NCBI GenBank assembly: GCA_965223845.1
Contig: CBDCXR010000004.1
Span: forward strand, 2,144,001 to 2,208,000
Direction: 5' to 3'
DNA: 64,000 nt
Source: Planctomycetota bacterium
GTDB taxonomy: Bacteria; Planctomycetota; UBA8108; SXIK01
In this document: piece by piece, positions 38,070 through 48,033 of the stretch
How the letters are laid out: every line of letters starts with the position of its first letter
How positions within the stretch are numbered: position 1 is the stretch's first letter
The notes under the pieces: model-generated
The model's input: the letters and a program-made list of their open reading frames with translations, nothing else
Told to the model about the DNA's origin: nothing
The model's database searches: none
Program-made: the position numbers and the translations under genes

Positions 38070-38501
38070 CAGACTCGGTGAAGTCGGGCGGCAGGGACAT
38101 CGGTTCCGGCGCCAGGTGTAGGAGCTTCGTTAGAGTCTCGTTCGATCGCCGGCTCGATTCTCCGAATCGGCGGATCGACTCTCAGCTACGAAATTCGCAA
38201 GGGGGGGTCGGGCAGTCAAGGAGTGGCGCAACGAAGAACGTTCGCGGTCCGGCTGTTAGCGGATTGGTGGGGCGGTCTCAGTACCGCTCTTCACCGAGGC
38301 CGAGAGTCGGCCTCTCCGAGGATCGGATCGTGACGTCAGGATCAGCGACGCTCAGTGGCCGAAACTGGTCGCCGTAACCACGCGGCGGTCGCTTCGAACG
38401 AGCCCCAGATCCCCCAGCGGGCAACGATCCGCCCGAGCTTAGATTTTTCATTTTTTTCTCCTCGTTTGTGCCCCCTCGTGTTCCGCACGGGGGGGTTTTT
38501 T
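38070..38501 (+). ncRNA. Candidate structured non-coding RNA (about 430 nt)
   Basis: Bounded by a promoter and a terminator; several hairpins (e.g. gaggccga-gag-tcggcctc, 38296-38314); only an unconvincing 99-aa GTG ORF. Confidence 0.4.
38471..38501 (+). terminator. Rho-independent terminator
   Basis: ccccctcgtg-ttccg-cacggggggg-tttttt. Confidence 0.85.
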
Positions 38502-38803
38502 CATTGCGAACGCTTGGGGTAGTCTCCGCGCGCGCGGGCCCGCGAAGCGGCGAATCGTGAGACCGCCGATCCCAGCCGAGAGGAAGCGTTCCCGGACTAC
38601 ACGCACCGAGCTCTAGGGGTCTCAGCGTCGTGCTCGACGAATCGTTCTGAGGAACTCAGGATTCCCCGGGCGAGCCGACCCCGAGGAACTCTCGCAGAAG
38701 CACTCGGCGTCGCGGCCCTAGCGGCGCTGGTCGTGGGACTTCTCGCTGCGGACCCCTCACGCCTCAAACGTCGCGGTGACGAAGTGGGTCGGAGCGTTCG
38801 ACC

Positions 38804-39046
38804 TCAATGGTCGTTTGTCGGCGGCGTTCTGCTTCCCAGGAGCCGGTTTAGACCGAACCCTCCGCCGACGATCGCGAAGGCCACGGAAAGCCGGAGAGCC
38901 CAATCGAGGTACCCGTCCACCAGCGATCCAAGGACGAATCCGACGACCGGAAAGCCTACGAGTAGAAGCGCGATTCTCAGTCGGGAAGCGATCGTCCACT
39001 CTCCTGCCGTCTCTTTCCCTACCGTCGATCGTCGAGCGCACGACAT
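38804..39046 (-). CDS. Small two-TM membrane protein, AtpZ/AtpI-like
   Basis: LLLVGFPVVGFVLGSLVDGYLDW...VAFAIVGGGFGL resembles the G..LD pattern of AtpZ. Confidence 0.5.
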   Translation of the reverse strand: MSCARRSTVGKETAGEWTIASRLRIALLLVGFPVVGFVLGSLVDGYLDWALRLSVAFAIVGGGFGLNRLLGSRTPPTNDH

Positions 39047-39114
39047 TCCCGCCGCTCATCAAGCCGATAGCTCGGCTCCCGCGACGACGCGCATCTGGCC
39101 GGGACAAACGGGCG

Positions 39115-40347
39115 CTACTCGCACCCGAGCGAATCGGTGATCTGCGAGTCGCGGCCGGGCTGCGGGTAGGGATCGAACGGCGCACGACCGCCCGCGAACA
39201 AATGGAGGGCGAGCGAGATCGCGTCCGAGATCACGATCGAGCCGTCGTCGTCGAAATCTGCCGCGTCCTCGCAGGGGAATCCGGCTCCCTGATAGAGCCC
39301 CGCGAGGACTCCGACGACATCGGAGAGATTGACGCTTCCGTCGCGATTCACGTCACCGCGGACGAAGAGCTCGGTGGGCTCGACGACATCGACGCGGAGG
39401 TCGCAGACCGAATAGAACTGAGGGCGGCCGTCCCGCGACAGCTCGTTCACGATCGCTGGCGACGTCGCCGTTTCGGGAATCGAATGAAACTCGATCTCGT
39501 AGCGGTCGCCCGGCCGCGCGTCGTCTGAAATGCCGAACTCGAGCCACGCGATCGTCTGATCGTGGAGAGCGGGGAGCGTCGCAAAGGTGTCGCCGAACGT
39601 CATCGCTGCGGTAAGGGCGAGAAAACCCTCGTCGAGCTGCCCGTCGAACTCGTGGACCCACGCCGGGGCGACGTCCACTCGATCGTACACGGCACCGCTC
39701 ACGTCCAGGCCTTTGAAGCGGATCTCCGGCGCCGACGAGTGGAAACTGAGAGTGAAACCTTCCACCGCGCCCGTCGTCGTCAACTGCACGGGCACACGCA
39801 CGGAGCGCTGACCCGGAATCACCTCGACGTGGCGACGAAAGTGAATGAACTCGAGATCCGCGACTCCGTCGTCGTGGGATTCGCAGGGTCCCCGGTGGCG
39901 GACGAAGCTCGCCGCGCCTTCCGCCTCCGCGTCGCGATCGTCCGCTCCCTTCGCGTCACGAGCGATCGGAAGCACCGGGCGCGGACCGCTCTCGCAGCTC
40001 AGTGAGTCGAGCGTGGAGTCCGTTCCGAGCACCTTGTACGGCGGGGGGATCGGGCTATGCCGATAGAAAAGCGTTCCTACGAGGTAGAGCGGATCGACGA
40101 GATCCAAGTGGCCACTGTCGTCGACGTCCGCGGCGTCCTCGCACCCGATCGACTCGCCGAGGTGCATATGGCGAAGGATGGTGAACACATCGGCGAGACT
40201 CAGAGCCCCGTCGGAATTCGCGTCCCCGCGATAGAAGGACGAGTCCGCCGCGCGCGCGGGCGCGGACAACCCAACGACACCGAACAACAGGCCGAGAAGC
40301 AGAATTCGGTACGCCCACCGGCCGCCGGCGATCCACCGAGCGTCCAT
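39115..40347 (-). CDS. Exported dockerin - cohesin-like - dockerin protein
   Basis: Signal peptide ending APARA; FYRGDANSDG.../CEDAADVDDSG; central VRVPVQL...VEGFTLSF beta-sandwich; FVRGDVNRDG.../CEDAADFDDDG. Confidence 0.85.
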   Translation of the reverse strand: MDARWIAGGRWAYRILLLGLLFGVVGLSAPARAADSSFYRGDANSDGALSLADVFTILRHMHLGESIGCEDAADVDDSGHLDLVDPLYLVGTLFYRHSPIPPPYKVLGTDSTLDSLSCESGPRPVLPIARDAKGADDRDAEAEGAASFVRHRGPCESHDDGVADLEFIHFRRHVEVIPGQRSVRVPVQLTTTGAVEGFTLSFHSSAPEIRFKGLDVSGAVYDRVDVAPAWVHEFDGQLDEGFLALTAAMTFGDTFATLPALHDQTIAWLEFGISDDARPGDRYEIEFHSIPETATSPAIVNELSRDGRPQFYSVCDLRVDVVEPTELFVRGDVNRDGSVNLSDVVGVLAGLYQGAGFPCEDAADFDDDGSIVISDAISLALHLFAGGRAPFDPYPQPGRDSQITDSLGCE

Positions 40348-40708
40348 TCTCGATACGTTCCCCAGACTCTTGGAAATCCACTCCGAGGGCTCGGAGATTT
40401 CGAGATCTATCTTCGCCGACCCGCGCGCGAAGAACAAAGACATTCGCGCTGCGTTGCGGACCTGTGCGGGGCCCCCCGACGCTCGCCCGATTCGACGGAG
40501 AGCTCGCAGCACGCCCACCGTCTCCCCCAAACCCAGCGACGCCAGCTCCGACCTCACGATGGCCTGCGACTCCGATTGAGCATGAGCCGGAGTGAGAACA
40601 AAAGTTCCCAGATGGACTGATCGGCGTAAATCGCGATTGGCGTCGGCGTCGTCTCTGCTTTTCTTAAGATACTGGTACCAAACGAATTATGATTCTTTAC
40701 GACGCTGC

Positions 40709-40724
40709 TGGCACGATCGTTGCA
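40709..40724 (+). promoter_or_regulatory. Consensus sigma54 promoter
   Basis: TGGCACGATCGTTGCA with an AT-rich upstream tract (40655-40700). Confidence 0.75.
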
Positions 40725-40845
40725 ATACGAACCACCGACCCACCGGGCGGGCGTGGAATCCCTGGAGCGAGTGCCACGACGACCTGTCCTCTCCGGACAG
40801 TGGGGCACAGACGAGAGAGAAGGGTTCGGGATTGGGATTTCTTGT

Positions 40846-43800
40846 CTAGCGCCTCGCTCCGGGGCTCTTTTGCCGCGCCGGTCGCCGGTCGCGACCGCGG
40901 TACGCGTCGACGTCGACTCCATGTTTTTCGATGAGCGTCGTCAAGTGGCGCCGGGTCACATCGAGGGCGCGAGCCGCCGCCGACACGTTACCCGAATAGC
41001 GCTCGAGAGCGCGCCGGACGCCGTCCGCCTCGGCCGCCGCTTTCGCTTCGCGGAGCGGCCGAACTTCCTCGTCGACGTCGAGCGGCGGAGACGGCTCTTG
41101 CCCGCGGAGGCACAAGTGATCGACGTCCTCCGCGGCGATCTCGAGGGGCGAGTGAAGCGCCAGGCGCAGTAGCTCGTTCTCCAGCTCCCGGACATTCCCC
41201 GGCCAGTGGTAGCTCTCGAGCACGGCGAGCGCGTCGGGGTGAAGAAACGGCCGACGGATCCTGTTCGTTTCGGCAAGTTCGTCGAGTACGGCTTCGGCGA
41301 TTTCGGCGATGTCGCCTCGACGAGCTCGGAGGGGAGGCATTTCGACGACGAGTCCGCCGAGTCGATAGAAGAGGTCGGGCCGCACGAGCCCGCCGGCGGC
41401 GAGTGTCTCGCGACTCTGCCGACTCGAGGTTACGAGGCGAAACTCGACTCCGCGCGATGTCGTCTCTCCGACGCGGCGGACCTGCGCTTCTTCGATGACG
41501 CGGAGAAGCTTGGATTGAACCACCACATCGACATCGGTGATCTCGTCGAGATAGATCGTCCCGCCCGCGGCGGCTTCGAAGATTCCGGGCCGATCTTCGA
41601 TCGCATCGGTATACGCGCCGCGTGCGACACCGAAGAGCTCCAGCTCGAGCAGACTCGGGGGCGTATTGCAGATTCCAGCCACGAACGGCTTTTCCCGTCT
41701 CTCGCTCGCGTAATGGATCCACCGCGCAAGGAGATCCTTCCCCACGCCGCTCTCGCCGACGATGAGGACCGGAAGATCGCTCTCCGCCAGCGCGGGGATG
41801 CGATCGACCACGCGCTTCATGTCGGGAGAGCTCCCGACGAGTGGCCGCGGCCGGGATCCGCCCGTCGAGGTACGAAGATCGAGACGGGCCGTGCGGACGG
41901 CGGGGGTCGTCCCGATCGGTTCCGTGCCGATTTCCTTGTTCCCGCTCACGACCTGAGCGTGGAGCGAACGAAGATGATCCTCCGCTTCGGCGAGTCGCTG
42001 CGAGCGCGCCGATAGTTCCTTTTCCGCGGCGGCGAGAGCCGCGGCGAGACGAACGACGACGACCCCCCAATCCACTGCGGCATCGAGATCAGCCGGTGAG
42101 CCTCGGCCCGGCGCGCGCAAAGCGAGCACCGAATCGTCCTCGACACCGCCGATCCGCCGGAGAAGCCACCGGTCCCAGATCGATCGCCCCGTCCCGCCGG
42201 AGGCGAGTAGGTCGCGCCAAACTTCCTCGGGACACGAACGAAGCTCCGACCGCTGTGCGCTCGGCGGAAACGCAGCGACCGAAACGGCGCTCCCAGACTC
42301 GATCCGTAGGACGACAGCCGCAGCAACGGACCACGGGCGGTGCTCGGCACAGAGCTCCCGGAGCGCATCCCGTACCCCGCGGTGGCTTTCGTCGTCTCCC
42401 GTCGACTCGTCGTCGGCGCGGTCGCTCCACCACGCGGCGTCGAACGACGCTCGACGCTCCTCCGGCACGCTCCGACGCACGTGCGCAACATGCGTGTCGA
42501 GCATGACGCGAAGCTCCGGCGCGCCGCTCCGAGCGACCTCGACACGAAGCGCGAGCAAGACTTCCCAGCGCCACCCGGCGCGAGCGGATTCGCGGCACCG
42601 CGAGGCGAGCGCGCGCGGGTCGACGTCTGCGTCGAATCGGGCGCGAATCAGCTCGCCGGCGAGACGAGTCCGCGTCGATGCCGTCCTCCCTCCGGTCCGC
42701 GCGAGCCACCGTCGCGCGGATCGAGTCCGACCGAGAGTGAGGAGCACGCGAACGAGTTCGATCCTCGACTGTTCGAGGCGAAGCGCATCGCGAACTCGGC
42801 GAGCGAACGTGCCGCTCCGCCGCAGATGCGGAATCGCCTCGCGCGGGCGATCGAGGCCGGCGAGCGCGCGGCCGAGCGCGTACTCGCAGTACCCGAGAGC
42901 GCGGAGATCCGCGGCTTCGCGCGCGCGCGTGAGCGCGTCCGACAAGAGCTCGAGGCCACGCGAAGATCCCAGAACCCACTCGATCACGCCCTCGTAGCAG
43001 ATCGTCAGCGGAAGCAACCGCCGGCTCTCGGTTTCGCGCGCGAGGCGAACCGCCTCGCGGCTGTGCTCCCGGCTGCGTCCGAGCCGACCGAGCTCGAGGT
43101 AGAGCTCGGCGATGTTGTTGTGCGCGAGAATCCGGTCGTCGACCCGCGTCTCCGTCCCCGCACGGAGGACGCGGCGATAGAACCGGAGCGCAGCCCGAAA
43201 CTCACCGCGCTCGCGGAGCACGCCGCCGAGTCCCAACCAAACCGTCGCGACGAGGGGATGCGTTCCGAGGTCGGAGGCGAACCGACGCGCCCGGTGGAAG
43301 CACTCCTCCGCACGATCGAGGCGTCCGAGCCGATAGTGAGCGACGGCCTGGTTGAAGGTCGCTCGAAGCGCGTTGGCGCGATCCCCGCGCGAGGTGGCCT
43401 CGCGTTCGAGTCGCTCAAAGACTGCGAACGCGCGCTCCCACTCGAGCGAGCGCACGTGGAGGATTCCCAGCTCGTTTAGGATCGCCGGTGCGTCGCCCTC
43501 TCGAGCGCTCCCTTCGGCTGCGGCGACGACCGACTCGAGGAGCGAGCGAGCGAGCGCCCGATCGCCGTGACTCGAGTGCGCCGCCGCGAATTGCGCGGCG
43601 ATCCGAATGCCGGCGAGCACGCGCAGCTCCGGCGTCGCGCGGCGAAACCATGAGCGAAACTCCGCCGCTCTCCCGAGATGATCGCGCCCTTCGGTCGTGC
43701 GTCCTTCGCGAAAGAGGAGAGGCGCCGCGAGCGAGGCGAGTTCGAGTCGTCGCGCGGCCGAAACCGCATCCTCCGGGGAACTTTCGTGTGCGGATTCGTC

Positions 43801-46026
43801 GCAGAGGATCTCGATCGCCTCGGGCGCTCGCCCCGCGGCGATCAGGAGCTTTGCTCGCTTCTTCGCGAGCGCAAATCGTTCGCCCTCGCGCGTAGGCGCG
43901 AGATTCGTTTCATCGAGCATGTCGAGCGCGTCGCCGTGGCGCCCGCAGGCTTCGTACGCGGCCGCGATGCGAAGAGAAAGCGCCACGCTCGTCGGCGACG
44001 GAGTCCCGCCGGTGAGTTCCCCGTGGAATCGCGAGCGCATGAGGTCGTAGAGCTCGATGAGAAGCCGCGGCTCCGTGCGCCGAATGAGACGCGGCGCCAG
44101 GCGACGAAGCCGGCGCTCCTCGGCTCGGCAGGACGCCCCGGCGCCCGCGCCGCTCGGCCCTCCGAGCGCGACGTCGTTTCGGAGCGCCGCGATGGCGGAA
44201 GAGAACCTCACGCGACGACGCTCATCGGAGAAGTAGCGCGCGAGCGAGCGACGCGCCTCGGTCAGCTCTCGAGCGCCGAGGAGCTCCTCCGCCGGCGGGA
44301 CGCAGCTCCGCACGATCCGCACTCGACCGTCGCCGTCGTCGCTACTGAGGCCGAGGTGAACGAACCGCGCCACGGAGCGTTGCCATTGGGAACGCGCCCG
44401 GTGGGGGAAGCGTTCGGCCAACTCGTCCGGAGAGAGTGGCTCTCCACCTAGGATGAGCTCTCCGAGCGCTCGGCGCTCGTTGTCGCTGAGCGTCTCGAGG
44501 ACCGGAAACGAAGAGTCCTCGGGCTTCCAGTCGGGGAGCTCACCGACGGCGAGATCGCCGAAAGCATCTGCGCACACGTTACGCCGTTCGAGCTCCGCGA
44601 GCATCGCGAGAAGGATCGCCGGACTACCGGTCGCACCGGTGGACAACCAAGCGGACAACTTCTCCGGCAGGGACTCCGCGACGAAGAATCTCCGTGCCGC
44701 CTCGTCCATCTCCCTAGTCGACAGGGGATCGATGTCGACACGGACGATCGCCTTCGGGTCGACGCCCAGGGCGACCGCGATCGAATCGGGAGTCCGAGTC
44801 GCGATCGCTGCGGCGAAGGCCCCGCCCCGGCGCTTCATTTGCTGAATGAGATCGGCGAATCGGTCGCCGCCCGGGTCGGCAGCCGGCTCGGAAGTGACGT
44901 CGACGAGGATCGTCACTCGGGCGCGACGACAACGCTCGTAGATCCCGGCGCGCTCGTTCGCGCCCTGCAGCCCCTCGGCCTCGCCGGCATCGCGAAGCGC
45001 GCGCAAGAGCTCGGCCTCCGCCTCGGGATCGCTGAATCCGCGAGCGATCACGACGCGTCTCCCTCGCACGCGGAGCGGCGCGGCGATCGCCTCGAGCATC
45101 GCCCGCGCCGCGTCGGGGAGCGGGCTGAACACGACGGGGAGTCGATCACCGCGGGCGACCGTATCGGCGAGTTCGGCGATCGCGTCGCTACGACCTGCGA
45201 GCCAAAGCCGGTGGTGGAGGCGGGCGACGGGCCGCGGCGGCAGCGCGATGCGTTCGCGGAGAAACTCGAGCGCGTCGCGAGCAGTTCGAAACCTCTCTCG
45301 AGGATCGGGATCCGTCAGCCGGCGTACCAACTCGTCGAGAGTCGGTGGGACATCGTCGAGCGCGTCGCGAAGACGTGCAGGCACGCCGCGCGCGCGCCAA
45401 TCCTCGACGGCGCGAGGTCGACCGAGTACGAACGGCAAGCGTCCCACCGCCGCATGAAAGAGAGAGAGGCCGAATCCGTAGAGATCGATCCAAGGATCAC
45501 TTTCCTGTCCCGGCGCGACCTGCGGCCGGTACGCCGGCGTCCCGTCGTCGGACGCGAGGAACGGTCGATCGAATCGGCGAGCCGACGCGAAATCGATCAG
45601 CCGGAGCGCGTCGCTCTCGCCTTCGACGAGGAGGTTCGCGGGCTTGACATCCCCGTGAGAGATCGAGCGGTGGTGGAGATACGAGAGTGCGGCGAGTCCC
45701 TCTGCTGCTCGCGCGAGCAGCCAGCTCGCGCGACGCGAGAGCTCGACGCGCGCGGCGGCCTCGACGAGGTGGCCCCCCGCGACGTACACGCTCGTGAAGT
45801 AGAAGCCGCCGCCGGGCGCGACGCCGCAGTCGATCACACCGGCGATGTTCGGATGGGAGAGCTCCGCGAGCGTCAAGAACTCCCGTCGCGCGACGGCGCC
45901 GCGAACGGCGATGAGCTTCACCGCGACGAGCTCGTCGTCGCTCAGACGATCACGCGCGAGGACGACCTCTCCGTGCCCACCTTCTCCGAGGGATCGAACC
46001 ACGGAGTAGCGCGGAGGAAGGTCCAT
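40846..46026 (-). CDS. Ser/Thr kinase - TPR - sigma54-interaction AAA+ - Fis HTH enhancer-binding protein
   Basis: LGEGGHGEV, VAVK, HGDVKPAN; TPRs; GESGVGKD, ELFG..RGAYTDA, YLDEI, DLFYRL, WPGNVRELEN, GNVSAAARAL. Confidence 0.9.
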   Translation of the reverse strand: MDLPPRYSVVRSLGEGGHGEVVLARDRLSDDELVAVKLIAVRGAVARREFLTLAELSHPNIAGVIDCGVAPGGGFYFTSVYVAGGHLVEAAARVELSRRASWLLARAAEGLAALSYLHHRSISHGDVKPANLLVEGESDALRLIDFASARRFDRPFLASDDGTPAYRPQVAPGQESDPWIDLYGFGLSLFHAAVGRLPFVLGRPRAVEDWRARGVPARLRDALDDVPPTLDELVRRLTDPDPRERFRTARDALEFLRERIALPPRPVARLHHRLWLAGRSDAIAELADTVARGDRLPVVFSPLPDAARAMLEAIAAPLRVRGRRVVIARGFSDPEAEAELLRALRDAGEAEGLQGANERAGIYERCRRARVTILVDVTSEPAADPGGDRFADLIQQMKRRGGAFAAAIATRTPDSIAVALGVDPKAIVRVDIDPLSTREMDEAARRFFVAESLPEKLSAWLSTGATGSPAILLAMLAELERRNVCADAFGDLAVGELPDWKPEDSSFPVLETLSDNERRALGELILGGEPLSPDELAERFPHRARSQWQRSVARFVHLGLSSDDGDGRVRIVRSCVPPAEELLGARELTEARRSLARYFSDERRRVRFSSAIAALRNDVALGGPSGAGAGASCRAEERRLRRLAPRLIRRTEPRLLIELYDLMRSRFHGELTGGTPSPTSVALSLRIAAAYEACGRHGDALDMLDETNLAPTREGERFALAKKRAKLLIAAGRAPEAIEILCDESAHESSPEDAVSAARRLELASLAAPLLFREGRTTEGRDHLGRAAEFRSWFRRATPELRVLAGIRIAAQFAAAHSSHGDRALARSLLESVVAAAEGSAREGDAPAILNELGILHVRSLEWERAFAVFERLEREATSRGDRANALRATFNQAVAHYRLGRLDRAEECFHRARRFASDLGTHPLVATVWLGLGGVLRERGEFRAALRFYRRVLRAGTETRVDDRILAHNNIAELYLELGRLGRSREHSREAVRLARETESRRLLPLTICYEGVIEWVLGSSRGLELLSDALTRAREAADLRALGYCEYALGRALAGLDRPREAIPHLRRSGTFARRVRDALRLEQSRIELVRVLLTLGRTRSARRWLARTGGRTASTRTRLAGELIRARFDADVDPRALASRCRESARAGWRWEVLLALRVEVARSGAPELRVMLDTHVAHVRRSVPEERRASFDAAWWSDRADDESTGDDESHRGVRDALRELCAEHRPWSVAAAVVLRIESGSAVSVAAFPPSAQRSELRSCPEEVWRDLLASGGTGRSIWDRWLLRRIGGVEDDSVLALRAPGRGSPADLDAAVDWGVVVVRLAAALAAAEKELSARSQRLAEAEDHLRSLHAQVVSGNKEIGTEPIGTTPAVRTARLDLRTSTGGSRPRPLVGSSPDMKRVVDRIPALAESDLPVLIVGESGVGKDLLARWIHYASERREKPFVAGICNTPPSLLELELFGVARGAYTDAIEDRPGIFEAAAGGTIYLDEITDVDVVVQSKLLRVIEEAQVRRVGETTSRGVEFRLVTSSRQSRETLAAGGLVRPDLFYRLGGLVVEMPPLRARRGDIAEIAEAVLDELAETNRIRRPFLHPDALAVLESYHWPGNVRELENELLRLALHSPLEIAAEDVDHLCLRGQEPSPPLDVDEEVRPLREAKAAAEADGVRRALERYSGNVSAAARALDVTRRHLTTLIEKHGVDVDAYRGRDRRPARQKSPGARR

Positions 46027-46200
46027 CGGCGAAATCGCGTTCCACTGGGGCGAGAACCGGCGTAGGCGCGCGGGATCATCTCACGTAGCCGGGGCGCCGC
46101 TTCGCTGGCGAATCAACGACGAGTCCGGAGAGGCGATGGTACCACAGCTCGTATCGGCAAACCCGGGCGGAGGAACCGGAGCAAACCAGCAAAAAGACGC

Positions 46201-47106
46201 CTAACGCGCCGGCAGATCCGCGACTCCGAAGTGTTCCCCAGCCATCGCGAGGAATCGCCGCGCCGCGTGGGACAGACGTCGGTCCACGCGAAGCACAAGA
46301 GCCGAGACGAGCTCGACACGCTGATCGAGCTCGATGACCGCGAGTGCTTCACGTCCCGACGAGACGGCCGAACGCGGAACGAGCGCAACACCGATCCCAG
46401 CTTCGACGTAGCGCTTCACGATCTCGAAGCTGCTGAATTCGATCGACGGCAGGCGATCGAGTCCCGCGGATTCGAGAAGCTCGTCGATTCGACTCTGGGT
46501 CGCGCTGCGGCGCTCGAGAGAGATCAGCCGTTCTCCGGCGAGGCTCCCGACGGCGATGGTCTCGTTCCCGGCGAGCGCATGGTCAGCCGGCGCGATGCAG
46601 ACGAGATCTCCCGACGCGAGGGGAATGATCTCGAGGTGCTCCGTGTCGCGATCGCTCACGGGCAGCGTCACCACCCCGAGCTCGACGTCTCCGCTTCGGA
46701 CGGCGGCGAGCACGCCCGCGGAAAACGAGCTCGAGATCGCGAGCTCGACCTTAGGGAACGCTTCAACGAAATTCCGGAGGAGTTCGGGCAGGACGAACAT
46801 GCTCGTCGTGTCGCTCGCGCCGATCGACAATCGCCCGCGATCGAGGTCCTTGATTTCGACGGAGACCCGCTCCAACTCCTCGAACTTGCGGACGACCTCT
46901 TCCGCCTGCGAGAAGAGAGCTTCACCGGCTGGCGTGAGACGGATTCCGCGTCCTTGACGGTCGAAGAGCCGCTCGCCGAGCTGTCGCTCGAGTCGCTTCA
47001 CTTGGAGGCTGATCGCCGGTTGCGTCAGACCGAGCTTTTCCGCCGCCCCCGTGAAGCTGCCGCAGTGCGCGACGTAGAAGAATCCCTTGACCTCGTCGAA
47101 TTCCAT
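46201..47106 (-). CDS. LysR family transcriptional regulator
   Basis: SFTGAAEKLGLTQPAISLQVKRLE..LG..LFDR; substrate-binding domain. Confidence 0.95.
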   Translation of the reverse strand: MEFDEVKGFFYVAHCGSFTGAAEKLGLTQPAISLQVKRLERQLGERLFDRQGRGIRLTPAGEALFSQAEEVVRKFEELERVSVEIKDLDRGRLSIGASDTTSMFVLPELLRNFVEAFPKVELAISSSFSAGVLAAVRSGDVELGVVTLPVSDRDTEHLEIIPLASGDLVCIAPADHALAGNETIAVGSLAGERLISLERRSATQSRIDELLESAGLDRLPSIEFSSFEIVKRYVEAGIGVALVPRSAVSSGREALAVIELDQRVELVSALVLRVDRRLSHAARRFLAMAGEHFGVADLPAR

Positions 47107-47245
47107 CGAGGGAATGTGCCCTCCAGCCGAAGAACGAGAGAGGCGCCCAGCCGATCGGTGTCGCGGGCGGTGAAGTGAATTGTAGGGCACTCGCCGAACG
47201 GGATGCCAGGCGGGAGCGCAGTCGCGACGCGGAAGAAACTCGAGC

Positions 47246-48022
47246 GTGATCGAAGATGCACTGAAAGCCGCGCTCCTCGGGCTCGTCCAGGGCCTCACGG
47301 AGTTCCTTCCGATCTCTTCGAGCGCGCACCTCAAGGTCCTCCGCGAGCTCCTTTCCTTCTCCGTCGAAGGTCTCGCGTTCGACATCGCCGTTCACTTAGC
47401 AACGCTGGTCGCCGTCCTCCTTTACTTCCGGGCGGACTGGATCGGCGTACTCCGCGAGCGCGAAGGTCGTCTGCGGATGCTCGCACTCCTCGCGGTAGCC
47501 TGCATCCCTCTCTTCGCGATCGGGTTCTTTCTTCGCGATGCGAGGGAAGGCCTCTCGCTTTGGGTGCCGGTGGTGTGCTGGACGATCTCGGGGAGCTACC
47601 TCCTCCTCCTTCGCGGCAAAGGCGGCGACCGCCCTTACCGCCAGCTTTCGTTCGGTGCTGCGCTCCTCATCGGACTCGCTCAAGCCTGCGCATTCTTTCC
47701 GGGCATGTCGCGATCGGGCTGCACGATCGCCGCTGGCCTCGTTCTCGGACTCGAACGCGAGAGTGCCGCGCGGTTCTCGTTCCTCCTTTCGATTCCCGCG
47801 ATCCTCGGGGCGAGTGCGTCCCAGGTCCTCGACATCACCCGGGGCGCCGAGCTCGAAGGCCTCGCGTGGGCGGCGGGCGTCGCGATGCCCGTCGCGTTCG
47901 CCGTCGGGCTCGGCGCGATCCACCTTCTCGTCAAGCTCGTCCGAAGCGATCTCTTCTACCGCTTCGGCTGGTACAACCTCGCGGCGGCGATTGCATTCGG
48001 AGCGTATCTCGCCGCGCGGTGA
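47246..48022 (+). CDS. uppP: Undecaprenyl-diphosphate phosphatase
   Basis: QGLTEFLPISSSAH, PGMSRSG.TI, AARFSFLLSIP. Confidence 0.95.
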   Translation: MIEDALKAALLGLVQGLTEFLPISSSAHLKVLRELLSFSVEGLAFDIAVHLATLVAVLLYFRADWIGVLREREGRLRMLALLAVACIPLFAIGFFLRDAREGLSLWVPVVCWTISGSYLLLLRGKGGDRPYRQLSFGAALLIGLAQACAFFPGMSRSGCTIAAGLVLGLERESAARFSFLLSIPAILGASASQVLDITRGAELEGLAWAAGVAMPVAFAVGLGAIHLLVKLVRSDLFYRFGWYNLAAAIAFGAYLAAR

Positions 48023-48033
48023 CGATGGGGCGT

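Noticed and set aside
38070-38501. RNase P RNA, tmRNA or SRP RNA
   Set aside because: The size fits the first two, but I found no GAGGAAAGTCC/ACAGAA..CGGC, no tRNA-like GGGG...CCACCA ends and no SRP GGAAG..AGCAG loop.
46168-46178. c-di-AMP (ydaO) riboswitch-like CGGAGGAACCG
   Set aside because: The rest of the aptamer is missing and the sequence runs into the LysR 3' end on the opposite strand.
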